A stretch of DNA of 62,887 bases, counting the filler, from Octopus bimaculoides (Eukaryota), in NCBI RefSeq assembly GCF_001194135.2. It is 3 parts of 3 records of this genome, joined end to end, with 100 filler letters (N's around TTAATTAATTAA, not from the genome) between each part and the next. Parts side by side here need not be neighbours in the genome. Positions count along the whole stretch, not along the records: positions 44,322 to 62,887 come from NC_068981.1; 2 more parts are not named here. One strand, 5' to 3'. The notes under the pieces were generated by a model that was given only the letters and a program-made list of their open reading frames with translations, searched no databases and had not been told where the DNA came from. Position numbers and translations under genes: made by a program. Numbering within the stretch: position 1 is the first letter of the stretch; each line of letters opens with the position of its first letter. Of the stretch, positions 49,101 to 62,887 are shown in pieces.

Positions 49101-50376
49101 TAAAGATAGTTCATCCGGCAATATACGCGTATATATGACGAGCTTCCACACAATTTCGATCAACCAAATTCACTCAAGAGACATCGAACGGTCTTGGACT
49201 ACAGAAGGAAACAGCTGCCCCAGGAGCCACGTAGTAAGACTGAAGACAAAACGATGTAGTTGTCAAGCGAACTTCTCAACCGAACAAGCAATGTTTGCCT
49301 TTATTTGTTTCGAGAAACAAAATTAAATGAATGGAAAGGTCACAGTTGAAATGCATGTTATTATAGGTCTACTCTCAGGGTTGATCTGGGTCAAAACAAT
49401 ATAAAGAAACTGAATAAACAAATAAACAAACAAACAAGTGGTAATTGATTGTTACAGAAATTCAATTTTCATTATAGGACTCTCCCATTGGGTAACAACG
49501 TTATTGCAGATGTATCCTGACAATTGAAGAGCTAAAACGATTACAGCTGAATGGCTTTATGTATCCAGGAGAATTTCTTTAACGTCAAATTATTTCCATG
49601 TGGGTTTTCCAATTTGCATATTAATCCACAATAGTTCCTAAAGCCTGATCACATCCGATAGTTCAACTACATGTTATGCATCGAAGAACAAAATTACATA
49701 CTTCAAGAAATTTCCATTCATTAATTCCTAGTCTCTCTTGTTATTTTAGACGCCTCAAAACAATTTTGTTATGTATATAAAAGTATAAACCCACATGAAT
49801 ATAAACTGAATAGAAATGATAGAATTAGCTCGCTTACACTTTGTCTTTGTCTTTATATCTGTGTTTACGTGTGTGTATGCGTGCATGTATATGTATATAT
49901 TTATATAATTACATATACAAACTTAACACATACATATGTATACATACATATGCTTATACAAACATATACGTTTATATATATATGTATATATTCATACGTG
50001 TCTATAACTAAATACGTATGTGTTTGTATAGATATAGATATATATATATAAACACGCGCGCAAACAGACACACACACACATGTATGTATGTATGAATGTA
50101 TGTATGTATGTATGAATGTATGTATGTATGTATGTATGCATGTATGTATGTATGCTTGTATGTATGTATGTATGCATGTATGTATGTATTGTATACATGC
50201 TCGCATACATATTTAAGGGTCATTAAAAATCAACTTACGAAAGTAAGAAAGAAGTTCTAACGCGAGAGTTTGACAAACGGATTGACGAGATCTCACAATG
50301 CAGTCCATGTCTCATCCTTTCCTCCATATTCATTGCTTGCATAACGAAATCCGGAACAACGTATGTAGACATCTTA

Positions 50377-50462
<86 letters not shown>

Positions 50463-51225
50463 ACATACACACATTCACACATACACACATATGTATATAT
50501 TTATTTAAGCGTATCACCTCCGCAGGTTTTCCGACGATTGAGATGTTATGAACAAAGGCGTTCTGAGTTGAATTTGTTTTTGTATTCACTCAGCTAAGGG
50601 CCAAGTGGTGATAGATAACTCTAGAAATATAGCATTAGTCCAACATACCCAGAATAATGTGTAGAGAGACCCAATCTCTCTCGCGAGTCTATTACAGTAA
50701 ATGTTTTCGCTACACAGCGATTGAACTCCTCACTGCTTCTCTAAAATTTGTAAGTACATTTTGAAAGATATGTATCCACAGACATACCTATGTTCAGAGC
50801 ACGAATATGTTCAGTGTTTAATTGGTACCCTACTCAAGTTAAGGGAGAACAATTTGCACAGTATCTTTTTCCACAATGCAAATTATAGACTTTTGTTGGG
50901 TTCAAACAGTGAATTGTCGTTTATCAATTTGTATAAGTTGATTGCCTGTTTATGTAAAGCTTATGTATGACTGTTTGTATTGCTCTAGCATGTATATTGT
51001 CTGCGTACTGTAACAAAAGGGAACCAGTAGAACTTTGCTCTGTGGTACTCCAATTGTTACCACAGTCTCGATTAACCACCGGTGTTTGACGTAGGACTTT
51101 TAGGAAATCAGAGATCGAAGTATCCAAATTATTTGTGATGCCAGCATCGATGAATGAATTTGTAAGAGAAATTTCTCTGATCAACTTTATGAAATCATTT
51201 CACGAAATCAAGATATGTAGAATCC

Positions 51226-51412
<187 letters not shown>

Positions 51413-52104
51413 AATAGACCTATGTATCGTATGTTGCGTGCGGACGTGCCTCTTTTAAATGGTCAACTTAATGTTAGGTCCATCCTCTTGCAAATGCTCA
51501 CTATTTCCGAATACAATTGGTAACGAGTCAATTTCGATCACAAAATCCCTATTCCATATTGAATTTGAAATTCCTTCTTTGCAAAGCCATACTGGATTTT
51601 GTTTAATATTCACTTCTTCAACGACCGAAACACCAAAGTTTTTATTCTTTAGATTTTAAAATTTCTTTGTTCATAAATTCTTAAAAAATTGGAAAACAAG
51701 CCGATAGAGACAACTTTAATCTATTCACTATATTAATCATCAACATACGTACATGAGGTCACTGCTTGTATAGCTTATGTTTAGAAGCAAATTCAAAGAA
51801 CTTGTCTATAAACATAATCTGAACTAGTGATGACCTCATAGGTCGAAAGGTATATATGCAGATGACTAAGACATAAAATAGATTAATCTTGTCATTGATT
51901 GCTTGTTTTTTCAATTTATTTTTTCAAATTTTATAAAGAAAACTAGATTTAAGATCTTAAAACAGACATATTTACTGCTTTACTGCTTCGCCCGGCATAG
52001 AGTTGAATAATACAAAGAGAAACCGGATGTTTAGAGTTTACACACACACACATATACATATTTATATATTCATGTGTGTGTATGTGTCTACATTTGTACA
52101 CACG

Positions 52105-52139
<35 letters not shown>

Positions 52140-52271
52140 GTGTAAACCCATATATATAAGTATATATTAATTCATTATATATCCAAGTATACACATGTTT
52201 GTTATAAATATATACACAAACACACACACGCACATATGCATAATTATGCACACATATATACGTTTATTTAG

Positions 52272-52313
<42 letters not shown>

Positions 52314-52406
52314 ATGTATATATGTTCTATGTGTATATGTAATACATATATATATATGTACATATATATATATATGCATATATATATATATATATGTATA
52401 TATAAA

Positions 52407-52453
<47 letters not shown>

Positions 52454-53089
52454 ATATACATATATATATTTATATATATATATATATATATAAAACCTAC
52501 ATAAACTTATATGAGAAAGAGTGAGAGGAGAAGGATGAGAAGATTTGCATATTTGAGAAACGGCTTTTCTTATAAACATGTATTGAAAACATGTCTAGGT
52601 TCTATTCTCATCCTTGTGTTTTATTCATGTTTTTGTATTATTTCTCTACTTTTATTTGCAACCGTAAACCATCGTCAATGTTTGTAGATCTTCCTAATCT
52701 CTTCTTCATGATTAAGTGATATCGGCGTGTGTTGCTCTTCCTGTATAGTAAATACTAATGCGATTGGCATAGACGTTATTCACGGAACTTGAATTATTCA
52801 GAGATAGATTTATGTGTCATCGTTTGTGTGTTTGTGGTTGTCCGCTATATGGTTAAGTGTCTGTGTTAGTGGCATTTGTTTGGGGATCTCTACGTTCGGA
52901 GTTCAAATTACGCCGAGTGCCTCTCAAATACTGTTATTGATGAAACTGACTTTCCTTCTACTTTAAGATGCCTTATGCAAACTTTGAAATAATGACGATG
53001 ATGATGATAATGATGATGATGATGATGATGATGACGATGATGATGATGATGATCATCATCATCATCATCATCATCATCACCTTCACCAT

Positions 53090-53650
53090 TATTTCGTCTC
53101 TTTGACTGAGCTGCAGTCCTGCATCAAACGTAAACCGGGGCAGGGTTCCCAGAACCCAGAGTGTTGTCAGGCTCTCACACTCCTCTCATAATCGGACAAT
53201 GGTGTCGGTGGAAGTTCCACTTAAGTATAGATTAGTGGCGGGTAATTGCGATGACTCTGGGTGTTGACGAGACGCAGTTGGCCGGTTGCTCCGGAAAACT
53301 TTCGGACAGAGACCCATGGATAATTTCCAGAAATCCTTGGCCTGGCAGTGCTAGCGAGGGCATTTCCTGTTCGGGATAAATTCAACAGGCATGGAAATGC
53401 AGTCAGCCGGGCTTGCTTGAGATGCGCGCAGAGCGACGAAACTGTTTTGTACGTTTTCATCCAATGCTCGAGTATTTCTGATTAGTGGGTTTATGTCGAA
53501 CACCTGCTGTCGCGCATGGCACGGATCCGACAATCAGCTGAGTCCATTGTGAAGATAGTCCCGCCGCCTTCGTTTTGCCAGGAAGGGCAGACTCTTTTTC
53601 TTTGCCTGATAGCCTTCGCGAAACAGGTTGTGTGGTGGACCAGACTCATT
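53090..53650 (+). mobile_element. Decayed Tx1/L1-type LINE ORF2 C-terminal region
   Basis: FVSLTELQSCIKRKP, PMDNFQKSLAWQC and PVRDKFNRHG.AVSRACLRCAQSDETVLYVFIQC (zinc-knuckle-like), with stops. Confidence 0.78.
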
Positions 53651-53659
53651 CTGTCCTAC

Positions 53660-54594
53660 CTGGATATTATGCATAAACTCACTTGAAGCTTTTTGCTCTC
53701 CTTCATAACAGAAGGTAGCTTTTTAAGTCTTTCACGGCATCCAGTCGTTAGATGTTTCAAGATATTTTGCCAGACCAGTTGTGGTGGTTTTGTAAGAGAT
53801 TTCAAATTGAATCAAGCCTCGACCCCCTTGGTTTTCAGTTTCCCTTTCTGGAAAGTTGCCTTGGTACATTTATCAAGACCACATTCCATCCCAATGTCAC
53901 CACTGAATGCTTTCATAGTACGTAGCAGTCATTCAAATTCATTATCGTCTTTGCCATAGAGTTTTAAGTCATCTATATAAAATAGATGACTTATTTTCTT
54001 GTCGCCAGCTTTATATCCATACCCTGTTCTGTTGAGTTCCCTTGTAAGTTGTATTAGGGCTATGCAGAAAATTAAAGGTGCAAGTGAGTCACCTTGGATG
54101 CTGCAGTTGATATTAATATTTTTTGGTGGTCAATACTCCATTAGAGTGGTATAAGTGGAGATTCGTATACCACATTGACATGTGCTCCAGGAAGCTTGAA
54201 ATCACAGGAGAAATCTTGTAGATATCCCGCGATTTCAAGATCCATGAATGCGGTATGCTGTCGAACGCCTTTTTATAATTAATCCATGCAGAACTGAGAT
54301 TTCTGCGCTTGTTATGACAGTTCTCAAGGATCATGCGATTGATTAAGAGTTGGTCCTCGTCAGCAGCCTGTTTGTTCAGTGGGGAAAATATCCGTTCTGT
54401 TCCATAAATTTGTATGTTTTTTCCCACGAGGATGGATGTTAAAACCTTATACGTGGTAGACAGACATGTTATGGGTCGATAGTTTTGGGGAAATTTGGTT
54501 TCATTATTCTTCGTGAGTAGGTAAGTAATACCTCTTGCTAATCAATCAGGTGTTTTCGTAGGATCTCTCATAATTTCATTGATTAACTGAATGC

Positions 54595-54595
<1 letters not shown>
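53660..54595 (-). mobile_element. R4/Dong-type LINE RT fragment
   Basis: DQLLINRMILE, AWINYKKAFDSIPHSWI, QGDSLAPLIFCIAL and HLFYIDDLKLY-like motifs on the minus strand. Confidence 0.9.
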
Positions 54596-54644
<49 letters not shown>

Positions 54645-54879
54645 GTTGTTGTTGTTCGTAATGCGCTGAATAAACCGTTACAGCTTCAGTAAAAATGCCT
54701 TGCAACATTACTTCAAGTTTTATGCATTCTGGGTTCAAATGCTGCATCGAGGTGAACATCACATGCTTTCGGGTTGAATAAAATAAAGTCCCTGTCGTTT
54801 GTAGCAACTTCTCATTCCCTTCAACATTGCCGGCCTTGTACCCATATTAATGACTCCAATATCAATGTTTTCGTGGCAT

Positions 54880-55430
54880 ATCATTTGTGTTGCAACAGTT
54901 TTTTGCGTGACGTTTCATGCGTTCTATTTCATGAAATTTTTTATGTTTCCTACATTAAATTTGGTACGTACTTCGTTTTTGAGTGTGCTTTGTATATTTT
55001 TAATAAGTCTGTGTCTATGATTGACATCTTGAATTGCAATGCTTTGTATAGTTTGCTCTGTTAATATATGAGAATACCCGATGTTGGTTAGTGTTTGTGG
55101 CATTTTGGGTATTTTTATATCTAATGTGTCGATTATGGGGAAAGAATGTAATTGCTCTTTCTAAGTATGGATATCACTGACATTTAGTAGCTTGGCGGAT
55201 ACTCACTGTCTCCATCCGCGTAAGTGTGTGCATTTATTTGTGATATTGATGTAAACGGATTTGATATATCTATTATTTTCCGCTTAAATGTTTATATCTA
55301 GAAATAGAGTGATTTTATTGATAGGAATTTTATCGTTGCGGACGTTAAATTTTGCCGAACAGCTATTGTCTATGTCTTCCTTTAATTTCATGATGTCTTC
55401 CGCTGTGGCCATTACGACGAATGCGGCATG
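54880..55430 (-). mobile_element. Highly decayed Penelope-like fragment
   Basis: Minus-strand ITLFLDINI segment and downstream remnants resemble the PLE RT C-terminus; many stops. Confidence 0.45.
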
Positions 55431-55854
55431 CACGCATGCGCACTCTCTCAAACACATATACAAACACACACACACACACACATGCATACACATTCACACA
55501 CATCGTTCACTCATACATACGTAGCACACATACACGTATGTGTGTACTCTTGAAAGTTTGTATCTTGGTACCACTTTGATCTTTCTGTACACGCGGGTAC
55601 CGCCATCTTAGCTTTCATGGTAGCACTATACTCCGTCATTTTATACTCATATACATTACGCAATACCACACACCAATATTTTCCCTTGTAGTCTGAGCTT
55701 TGTTGACTGGAAAGATATTTGAAAAAGTTACTCAAACAGCCAATGTATAGCACAATAATTACCTAATGAAAGCAGCTAAATTTTCGTCAATCCCCACCTT
55801 ACTAGTTTAAGAATAATAGGACACATTTGATTATGAATTCCTACATTATTCCTA

Positions 55855-56245
55855 GTGGAGGCGCAATGGCCCAGTGGTTAGAGCATCGGACTCGCGGTCA
55901 TAGGATCGTGGTTTCGATTCTCAGATGAGGCGTTGTGAGTGTTTATTGAGCGAAAACACCTAAAGCTCCACAAGACTCCGGCAGGGGATGGTGGCGAACC
56001 CTGCTGTACTCTTTCACCACAACTTTCTCTCATTCTTACTTCCTGTTTCTGCTGTGCCTGTAATTCAAAGGGTCAGCCCTGTCACACTGTGTCACACTGA
56101 ATATCCCCGAGAACTACGTTAAGGGTACACGGGTCTGTGGAGTGCTCAGCCACTTGTACGTTAATTTCACGAGTAGGCTGTTCCGTTGATCGGATCAACT
56201 GGAACCCTCGACGTCGTAACCGACGGAGTGCCAACAACAACAACA
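55855..56245 (+). mobile_element. Young full-length (CAA)n-tailed SINE
   Basis: Homologous to 45232-45624; 12-bp TSD ACATTATTCCTA at 55843-55854 and 56246-56257. Confidence 0.95.
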
Positions 56246-57009
56246 ACATTATTCCTAAAATGACAAGGTAGGTCATAGCTGGAGTGTTTTCGATCGTAAG
56301 TCTACTCGTTTAGGACTGACTCAAGACAAAACAGCAATCACAATAACAACAGGTGTTATCAAATATAATATAACTGTTTTAAATACGATTTCTCCAAATC
56401 GTAATTTAATAAAAAAATAAAACGTAAATGTGAGATTAAATTTAATAAAAGATTCTTCAAATTTTCTCTTTGTTTAGCCAAAAGATGACAAGTTCCAGAG
56501 AAGTTTGTCTACTTCCAGCCAACCAGTGGTGTTGATCTGTTTAGGAATTTCTAAATCAATTTATCTCAGTCATAGTTAGCAGCAAGATGTGTGGTAGTTC
56601 CAAGCTTCATAAATACACTAACTTCAATTTTAATGCAGAACTATAACGAACAACATAACATTATTTTCTTTAATCTTGTATTTTCCATCATTTACTTGTT
56701 TCAGCTGTTTCACAGTGGCTTTTCTGGGGCAACGCCTTTGAGGGTTTAGTCGAACAAATTGACTTCTGTGCTCCGCTGCAGGCCTTATTTGCGCCTCGTA
56801 AAGTTGCTTGTTATTTCCTATACGCAACAATAGTTTCTCTGTATAATTCGAATAAATCAGTCCTTGTGATTATTTTAGTGATCCCTACGTATCGCACCAC
56901 TAAATTATGTGTTTCGTATAAAGGGACGCAATTTCACGCAAGAGTTTACACTGATAAGCATAAACATAGGCATGGAAACAGATTCAAGTGCACATACACA
57001 CATATTTAT

Positions 57010-57205
57010 ATATAACTAGACAGATAGATAGACAGATAGATAGACAGATAAACAGACAGACAGATAGGCAGACAGACAGGCAGGCAGGCAGACAGACAGA
57101 AAGACAGACAGAAAGACAGACAGACAGACAGACAGACAGAAAGACAGACAGAAAGACAGACTGACAGACAGAAAGACAGACAGAAAGACAGACAGACAGA
57201 CAGAC

Positions 57206-57240
<35 letters not shown>

Positions 57241-57425
57241 TAGACAGACAGACACACAGACAAAGAGACAGACAGATAGACAGACAGATAGNNNNNNNNN
57301 NAGATAGACAGACAGACACACAGACAAAGAGACAGACAGATAGACAGACAGATAAAAAGACAGACAGATAGGCAAACAGACAGGCAGGCAGGCAGACAGA
57401 CAGAAAGACAGACAGACAGACAGAA

Positions 57426-57476
<51 letters not shown>

Positions 57477-57581
57477 TAGACAGACAGACACACAGACAAA
57501 GAGACAGACAGATAGACAGACAGATAGACAGACAGACACACAGACAAAGAGACAGACAGACACACAGACAAAGAGACAGAC

Positions 57582-57621
<40 letters not shown>

Positions 57622-57655
57622 TGACAGGCAGGTAGATAGATAGATAGATAGATAG

Positions 57656-57686
<31 letters not shown>

Positions 57687-57700
57687 CATACATACATAAG
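57010..57700. repeat. Long complex (AGAC/AGAT/AGGC)n satellite with recurring higher-order variants
   Basis: Directly visible; the variant block gacacacagacaaagagacagacagata recurs several times. Confidence 0.95.
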
Positions 57701-60700
57701 CGGAGATGTAGATAGAAATGTAAACAAGGAAACGGACAGATACATGACCTTCCATGCTGTTTCTGTCTACCAAAATTTATTCCCATCGCATTAGTCTACT
57801 TGAGACATCAGTAGGAGACACTTGTCGAAGGTACCGCTCTGTAGAATGGTAGCACAAGCCTTCAAGTAGAATTTATTAATCACATACCTTTTTCTGCATT
57901 TCTGGAGTAGATATCTTTTCCATCTCCCCTTAGGAAGATAGATAAATTTCACTTACTTTCTATAATTACTATAATTTATACAGCATCCATTATATGTTTC
58001 AGTTTGCATGTAGGGAAGATTAAATGGTGTATTCTAAAATGTTGAGCGTTCACATTGAACTCCATCACCGTTGGTGATAGCCAATATAACTATTAAGGAG
58101 CAAAGATATTTATTACCAATAACATTCTAAAACCAAAATTAAATTTTAAATTCTCCTCTGTAATAACTCCCGAAAAAAGAAAGTGCCATCCAATGAAACA
58201 TAACAAATAATTGCAGAGCAATAAAAGAAATGGAGGGAGGAAGTTTAATTATAATAATTGCAAGGCAACGGCTAGAAAAAGAAATTTAATACATTATACG
58301 GGTTTGTGATTTCAATGAGATAAAATGAGATAAAATATTAAAACGTATAATTCTTTAATTACATTAATCTGATTTTAGATTCTGTTTTCAGCCTTTATTC
58401 AAATGATGTGTATCACATGCTTAGAATCGAATAGAATGAAACGGTCTCTGTGCTGTGCGCTATGCTGTGCTCTCCCTTTCATCACGCATATAGCTCCAGA
58501 CATACTAACATGATGTAGAAATTGTGTCTATTTACAACAACCTATACACAATCATCAGATATGATAACAAGATATTAAGAATAGTGTATTGACTGCAACA
58601 TATGCACACCATCAAACATAGCAATGGAGTGTGGTGTATATTCATTTAATTTGTCATATACACAGCATCACACATATTCACGTGTCGTCTCTGCTATTTT
58701 CAATTCATTGCGTCAGATATGAGAACTTGCTAGCTAAGTAGCCTGTCTATACTCTACATCCGACTATTATATCATTGTTTGGATCTTCCTGACAGCTCAT
58801 ACCATTCTAACCTATGTTTGTCTTCGAACAGTATTCTCTCAACTTCGGGATATCCCAAGTTTTGTTTAATTTTGACCAGTCATTTCATCATGCCACACTG
58901 CTCTTCGACTAGTCGAGTCGCTATTTCGCATTCAGAGATCAAAGCTCAAGACTTGGAGATGTGATTAGAATACCGCAGGGAATGGTTACAATAAGAGATT
59001 CTTCTAGACGTGCAAACTGGCGGCTGAACTAAGGATAGACCTAGAATGAGATGGTTGGATAATATTTATAGTCTCAGTTGGTCATATTTGGGAGTCCAAC
59101 GGCACAGTATAATGATGATTGCATATGATAGAACCCAACAGAAGAGGTGACTGACGAATCTATCCCCTCGATCTTCCTAGGAAAAGTGGGTGGCAATATG
59201 GACATATGGATTGGAACCTTAGGCGTTAACGATCTTCTTACCGTCACTCCCAGCAACACACTCTTATGGGGGCTATAACTCTTTCCCTCATAATTCCTTA
59301 AACTTTTGCATACAGTAATTATTCAAATGCAACCTAAATGCCTAAAAGAACATTTGCAAAGCCTCCATGAACCTTAACAGTACCTTAGCTAGAAGCAAGA
59401 GAAGCTAGACTCTTTTAACAATACAGAAGCTCATACATTACATACGTTTAGGAACATCTTCACTCGTAAATAACACGAATAAAGTTATGTAGTCACTACA
59501 GATATTATTCACATCATCACTGATGATCTTTTATACTGACCTCATATATATAAAATTAACAAACGTGCATCACAAAGACTTACATTTCTTTTCAAAAGAA
59601 GAAAATATTTCATATCTGATTAGTTGTTGAACTTCTATCAAGTTCGAACCACATTAGAGTGCTATTAACATATACGGAGTGTTTTACAACAACACTCGCA
59701 GACATCACAGAATACGTTCAAAAGAAGACCATTTTACTGATTGCCTCATCAAACCACGCATTACTAGGACATGGACGTGTTACATCTCTGTGTTTCATAC
59801 TGCCATTACAGCGACATCTGTTCTTTTGAACCGAGTGGCTGCATTCTCACTCGCTCCGCCTCGAGTCGATTCAGCCACCTTTCCTACTCTCGCCACTCTA
59901 ATACAGTAGTACTATTACTTTTCCTTCAATCATTATATATAAGGTGGGAGAGATACATATGGAAGAGATACAAAATGACATATAGTATTGTATTTAGGTC
60001 TGGTTCATTGTGAGCTCAAAATACTATTTTACTTCCTCCATGTGCACTCCATTAAATAAATACTAGTGATATAGTAGGGGTTCATACAACCTTGATATTT
60101 GTGGACATCTGCTACCAAACGCAATTAAGGTTATTACAAAAACGAGAGGAAATCAAATGACTGCAAGAAAACTAGAAAGGATGTGCTGAATAAATCAAAA
60201 ATGTTTTTAGTAAATTACTGGTATTTCCTTGTTTGTCTCTGAATGGTCAATGACGAAATCGTCTCCAACATGATTACAACTGCTCTCATAAAAGAACATG
60301 TCTAAAGACTGTATTTCCTTCTATATGTCTCATACCGATTTTATCACAGTAATATATTCATATGAAACATAGTATTGATTTCTAGCATAGATGCGAGGCC
60401 TCATATATTTTTGGATACGTATCGATCATACCAGTACCTGTTAGCGAGTAGTATTTATATATACTAATGCATCGACCTCAGATGGATAAAAGACAAAGTC
60501 AATCATAGCGGGATTTGAACACAATTCATAAAGGAACTTAGCGAAAAATTGTATGGCATTCTATTACCTTCTCTAACGTTTTTGCCGTGCTAAAATATCT
60601 GCCTGAGATTTAGTAAACAGAAAGCTTCAAGCTCGTGGTATGTGTGTGCTTGTGTGTGTGCATGTGTGTGTGGGTAAATGTGCGCAAGTATGTGTGTGTG

Positions 60701-61454
60701 TCTGTGTGTGTGTGTGCGTGTGTGTGTGTGTGTGTATGTCTTTGTGTCTGTATTTGTCACCCACCACCACTTGAGAGCCGGTTCTAGTGTGTTTATGCCC
60801 CGTAACATAGCGGTTTAGCAAATGCGTCGATAGAATGAGTACCAGGCACACAAAAATACTACGATCGATTCATTGCGCTAAAACTTCTTCAAGGCAGTGC
60901 CCCAACATGGCCTCATTCTAATAACTGAAGCAATTTAAAGATAAAAGAGGACAAATTCAAACTTGTTGTGGTGTCTATTTTCTCCACCGCGAAAAGATAA
61001 CAGGTAAATACAAATTCAGAATGATCTGACCTCAAATTGTACAGAAATTAGTTAAATTAGTTAAATAATGTTCTGCTCACATTACCACTACATGTATCTT
61101 TGGTTATTATTGCAATATGAAACATTGTATTAAATATATTGTGGAAAAGATAGTGAAGCATCGGATGCTTGGAATGTAGAATATAATATATTTTGTAAAT
61201 TATCGGTTAGTATATCTTACACTATGTGAAATTAATCGAAGAATCTAGTACCATGTATTTGAAAAGCCAAGATGAATAAAAGTATATTAAATGCTTCACA
61301 AAACATACTTGATACATTCCTCTCCTTTAGAATGTATACAAATCATTTAGTTTCATTTCGGACCAGCTCCAAGTAAGAAAGTGATGAACGCAAGAATTCT
61401 TCTAAAGGTTACTTTCGAAATCATTGTCATTCCTCTACTTATAAAAGTAATATA

Positions 61455-61989
61455 GAGGGTGTCCCCAAAAGATGTGCTCACTCTTTGACAGACGATTACT
61501 AATGTATTGTTTTTTGTGATGTACGGGCTTACCTCGATGCAACAAATCCAAACAAATGGATCGGGGTGAGAGGTAGCGTTGAATTTCCTGCACGTTCCCC
61601 AAACCTCACACCAATGGATTTTTTTATGGGGACATCTCAAAAATAAGGTTTACGCTGCAAAACCAGCGACAATTGATGATTTGAAACATGAAATTCGAAT
61701 ACAATGTCTTGCAATTCCAAATGAAATGTTTGGCAATGTTGTCAAATCCATTGTTGGACGTTATCAGCTTTGTTTGGAAAATGATGGAAGGCAGTTTGAA
61801 CATTTAGGAATGAGAGAGAACATTAAATAATTCTAAATGACAATAAATAATCGTTTCTACGACAATTTATTTTCCTGAATAAAATTTAACTTTTTAGGAT
61901 TGTATGTATATCAATAAACATCTACTTGAACGCAAAATGCAAGAGTACTGGGAAGTCAAAGAGTGAGTACATTTTTTTGGGACACTCTG
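61455..61989 (+). mobile_element. Internally deleted DD37D/maT-type Tc1/mariner element
   Basis: TIRs gagggtgtccccaaaagatgtgctcactctttgac and gtcaaagagtgagtacatttttttgggacactctg; KWIGVRGSVEFPARSPNLTPMDFF then LWGHLKNKVY...DGRQFEHL after a frameshift. Confidence 0.92.
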
Positions 61990-61999
61990 TGAAGGTGCA

Positions 62000-62250
62000 T
62001 GATTTAGTGGTTAGAGTATCAGAATCTCGATCGTTAGGACGTGAGTTCGATACCTGGCGGTGCGTTGTATCCTTGAACAAAGTCAATCTGTTTCACGTTG
62101 CTCCAGTCCACTCAGATGGCAAAAATGAGCGGAATCTGTATTTCAACGGGTCAGCCTTGTCCTATTCTGAGGGAGGCTGGAATTTCACGAGTAGGCTGTT
62201 CCGTTGATCAGATCAGCTGGAACACTCATCGCCGCAACCAACGGAGTACC
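62000..62250 (+). mobile_element. Degenerate SINE related to the (CAA)n-tailed family
   Basis: Tail aatttcacgagtaggctgttccgttgatcagatcagctggaac matches 56163-56207. Confidence 0.65.
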
Positions 62251-62594
62251 CATTATACATGTACTCGCAAAGAAAAATTGAAGTGTTGATTAATTTTTAT
62301 TTCTCAGTTTACTCTTAAATTGATTTTGTAATAACTCGAGCGCGTGTGTGGGTGAGTGTGCAAATATAATGTTTTGTTTTATTATTCAATGTAGCTGTTG
62401 ATAGCAACTGATACTTAATTGAAAGTAGTTCTCAATAATGTATACAGAGCGATATCTATTTGAGTTAGATGCTATTAATAGATATGGCTCTATGTATTGA
62501 TAAATGATAGGGAATTCCAATCTCATACTAGCAGATTTTTAAGCTGTGAATTAGGAGTAGTGAAGAAATATCGTGTAGTGAGTGAGATTCAGGG

Positions 62595-62843
62595 TTTGGC
62601 GAGTTTTCTACTATTACTCTTTTACTCTTTTACTCTTTTACTTGTTTCAGTCTTTTGACTGTGGCCATGCTGGAGCACCGCCTTTAGTCGAGCAAATCGA
62701 CCCCATGACTTATTCTTTAGAAACCTAGTACTTATTCTATCGGTCTCTTTTGCCGAACCGCTAAGTTACGGGGACATAAACACACCAGCATCGGTTGTCA
62801 AGCGATGTTGGGGGGGGGGACAAACACAGACACACAAACACAT

Positions 62844-62887
<44 letters not shown>
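62595..62887 (-). mobile_element. Major-family SINE 3' half, cut by window end
   Basis: ttactcttttacttgtttcagtc...ccagcatcggttgtcaagcgatgttggg is the reverse complement of the family tail. Confidence 0.9.

Noticed and set aside
50960-51200. Minus-strand LLLQYADNI resembling an RT YADD motif
   Set aside because: Possibly an ancient CR1/jockey remnant, but support is a single degenerate motif.

Overview
This is AT-rich, repeat-dense eukaryotic genomic DNA from a draft assembly with many N gaps. The SINE/LINE families and microsatellite load point to an octopus (coleoid cephalopod) genome; that assignment is inference. Almost all ORFs in the supplied track are microsatellite translations, gap read-throughs or decayed transposon fragments: mariner/DD37D, hAT MITE, Gypsy, Penelope, R4/Dong-type and Tx1/L1-type LINEs, and at least four tRNA-headed SINE families. 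The main non-repeat signal is not shown as a whole gene by the ORF track. Two tandem paralogous units (about 0.2-6.9 kb and 12.6-19.8 kb) each carry a small multi-exon gene on the + strand. Copy B splices with canonical sites and compatible phases (13837-13903, 15143-15197, 18598-18817) into a 113-aa precursor: signal peptide, charged propeptide ending in the furin-type site RYKR, then an 8-Cys domain C-X6-C-X10-CC-X4-C-X-C-X6-C-X-C. That spacing resembles agatoxin-like/inhibitor-cystine-knot peptides. Copy A has the signal and propeptide exons (1470-1530, 3761-3815); its mature-peptide exon is predicted to lie in the 5952-6597 gap. A degenerate inverted third remnant may lie at about 8.5-8.8 kb. 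Secondary observations are hammerhead-ribozyme-like motifs in a SINE, intronic inverted repeats, MITEs with intact TSDs and a promoter-like region at about 35.6-39.4 kb. All identities are hand alignments and no database search was run.
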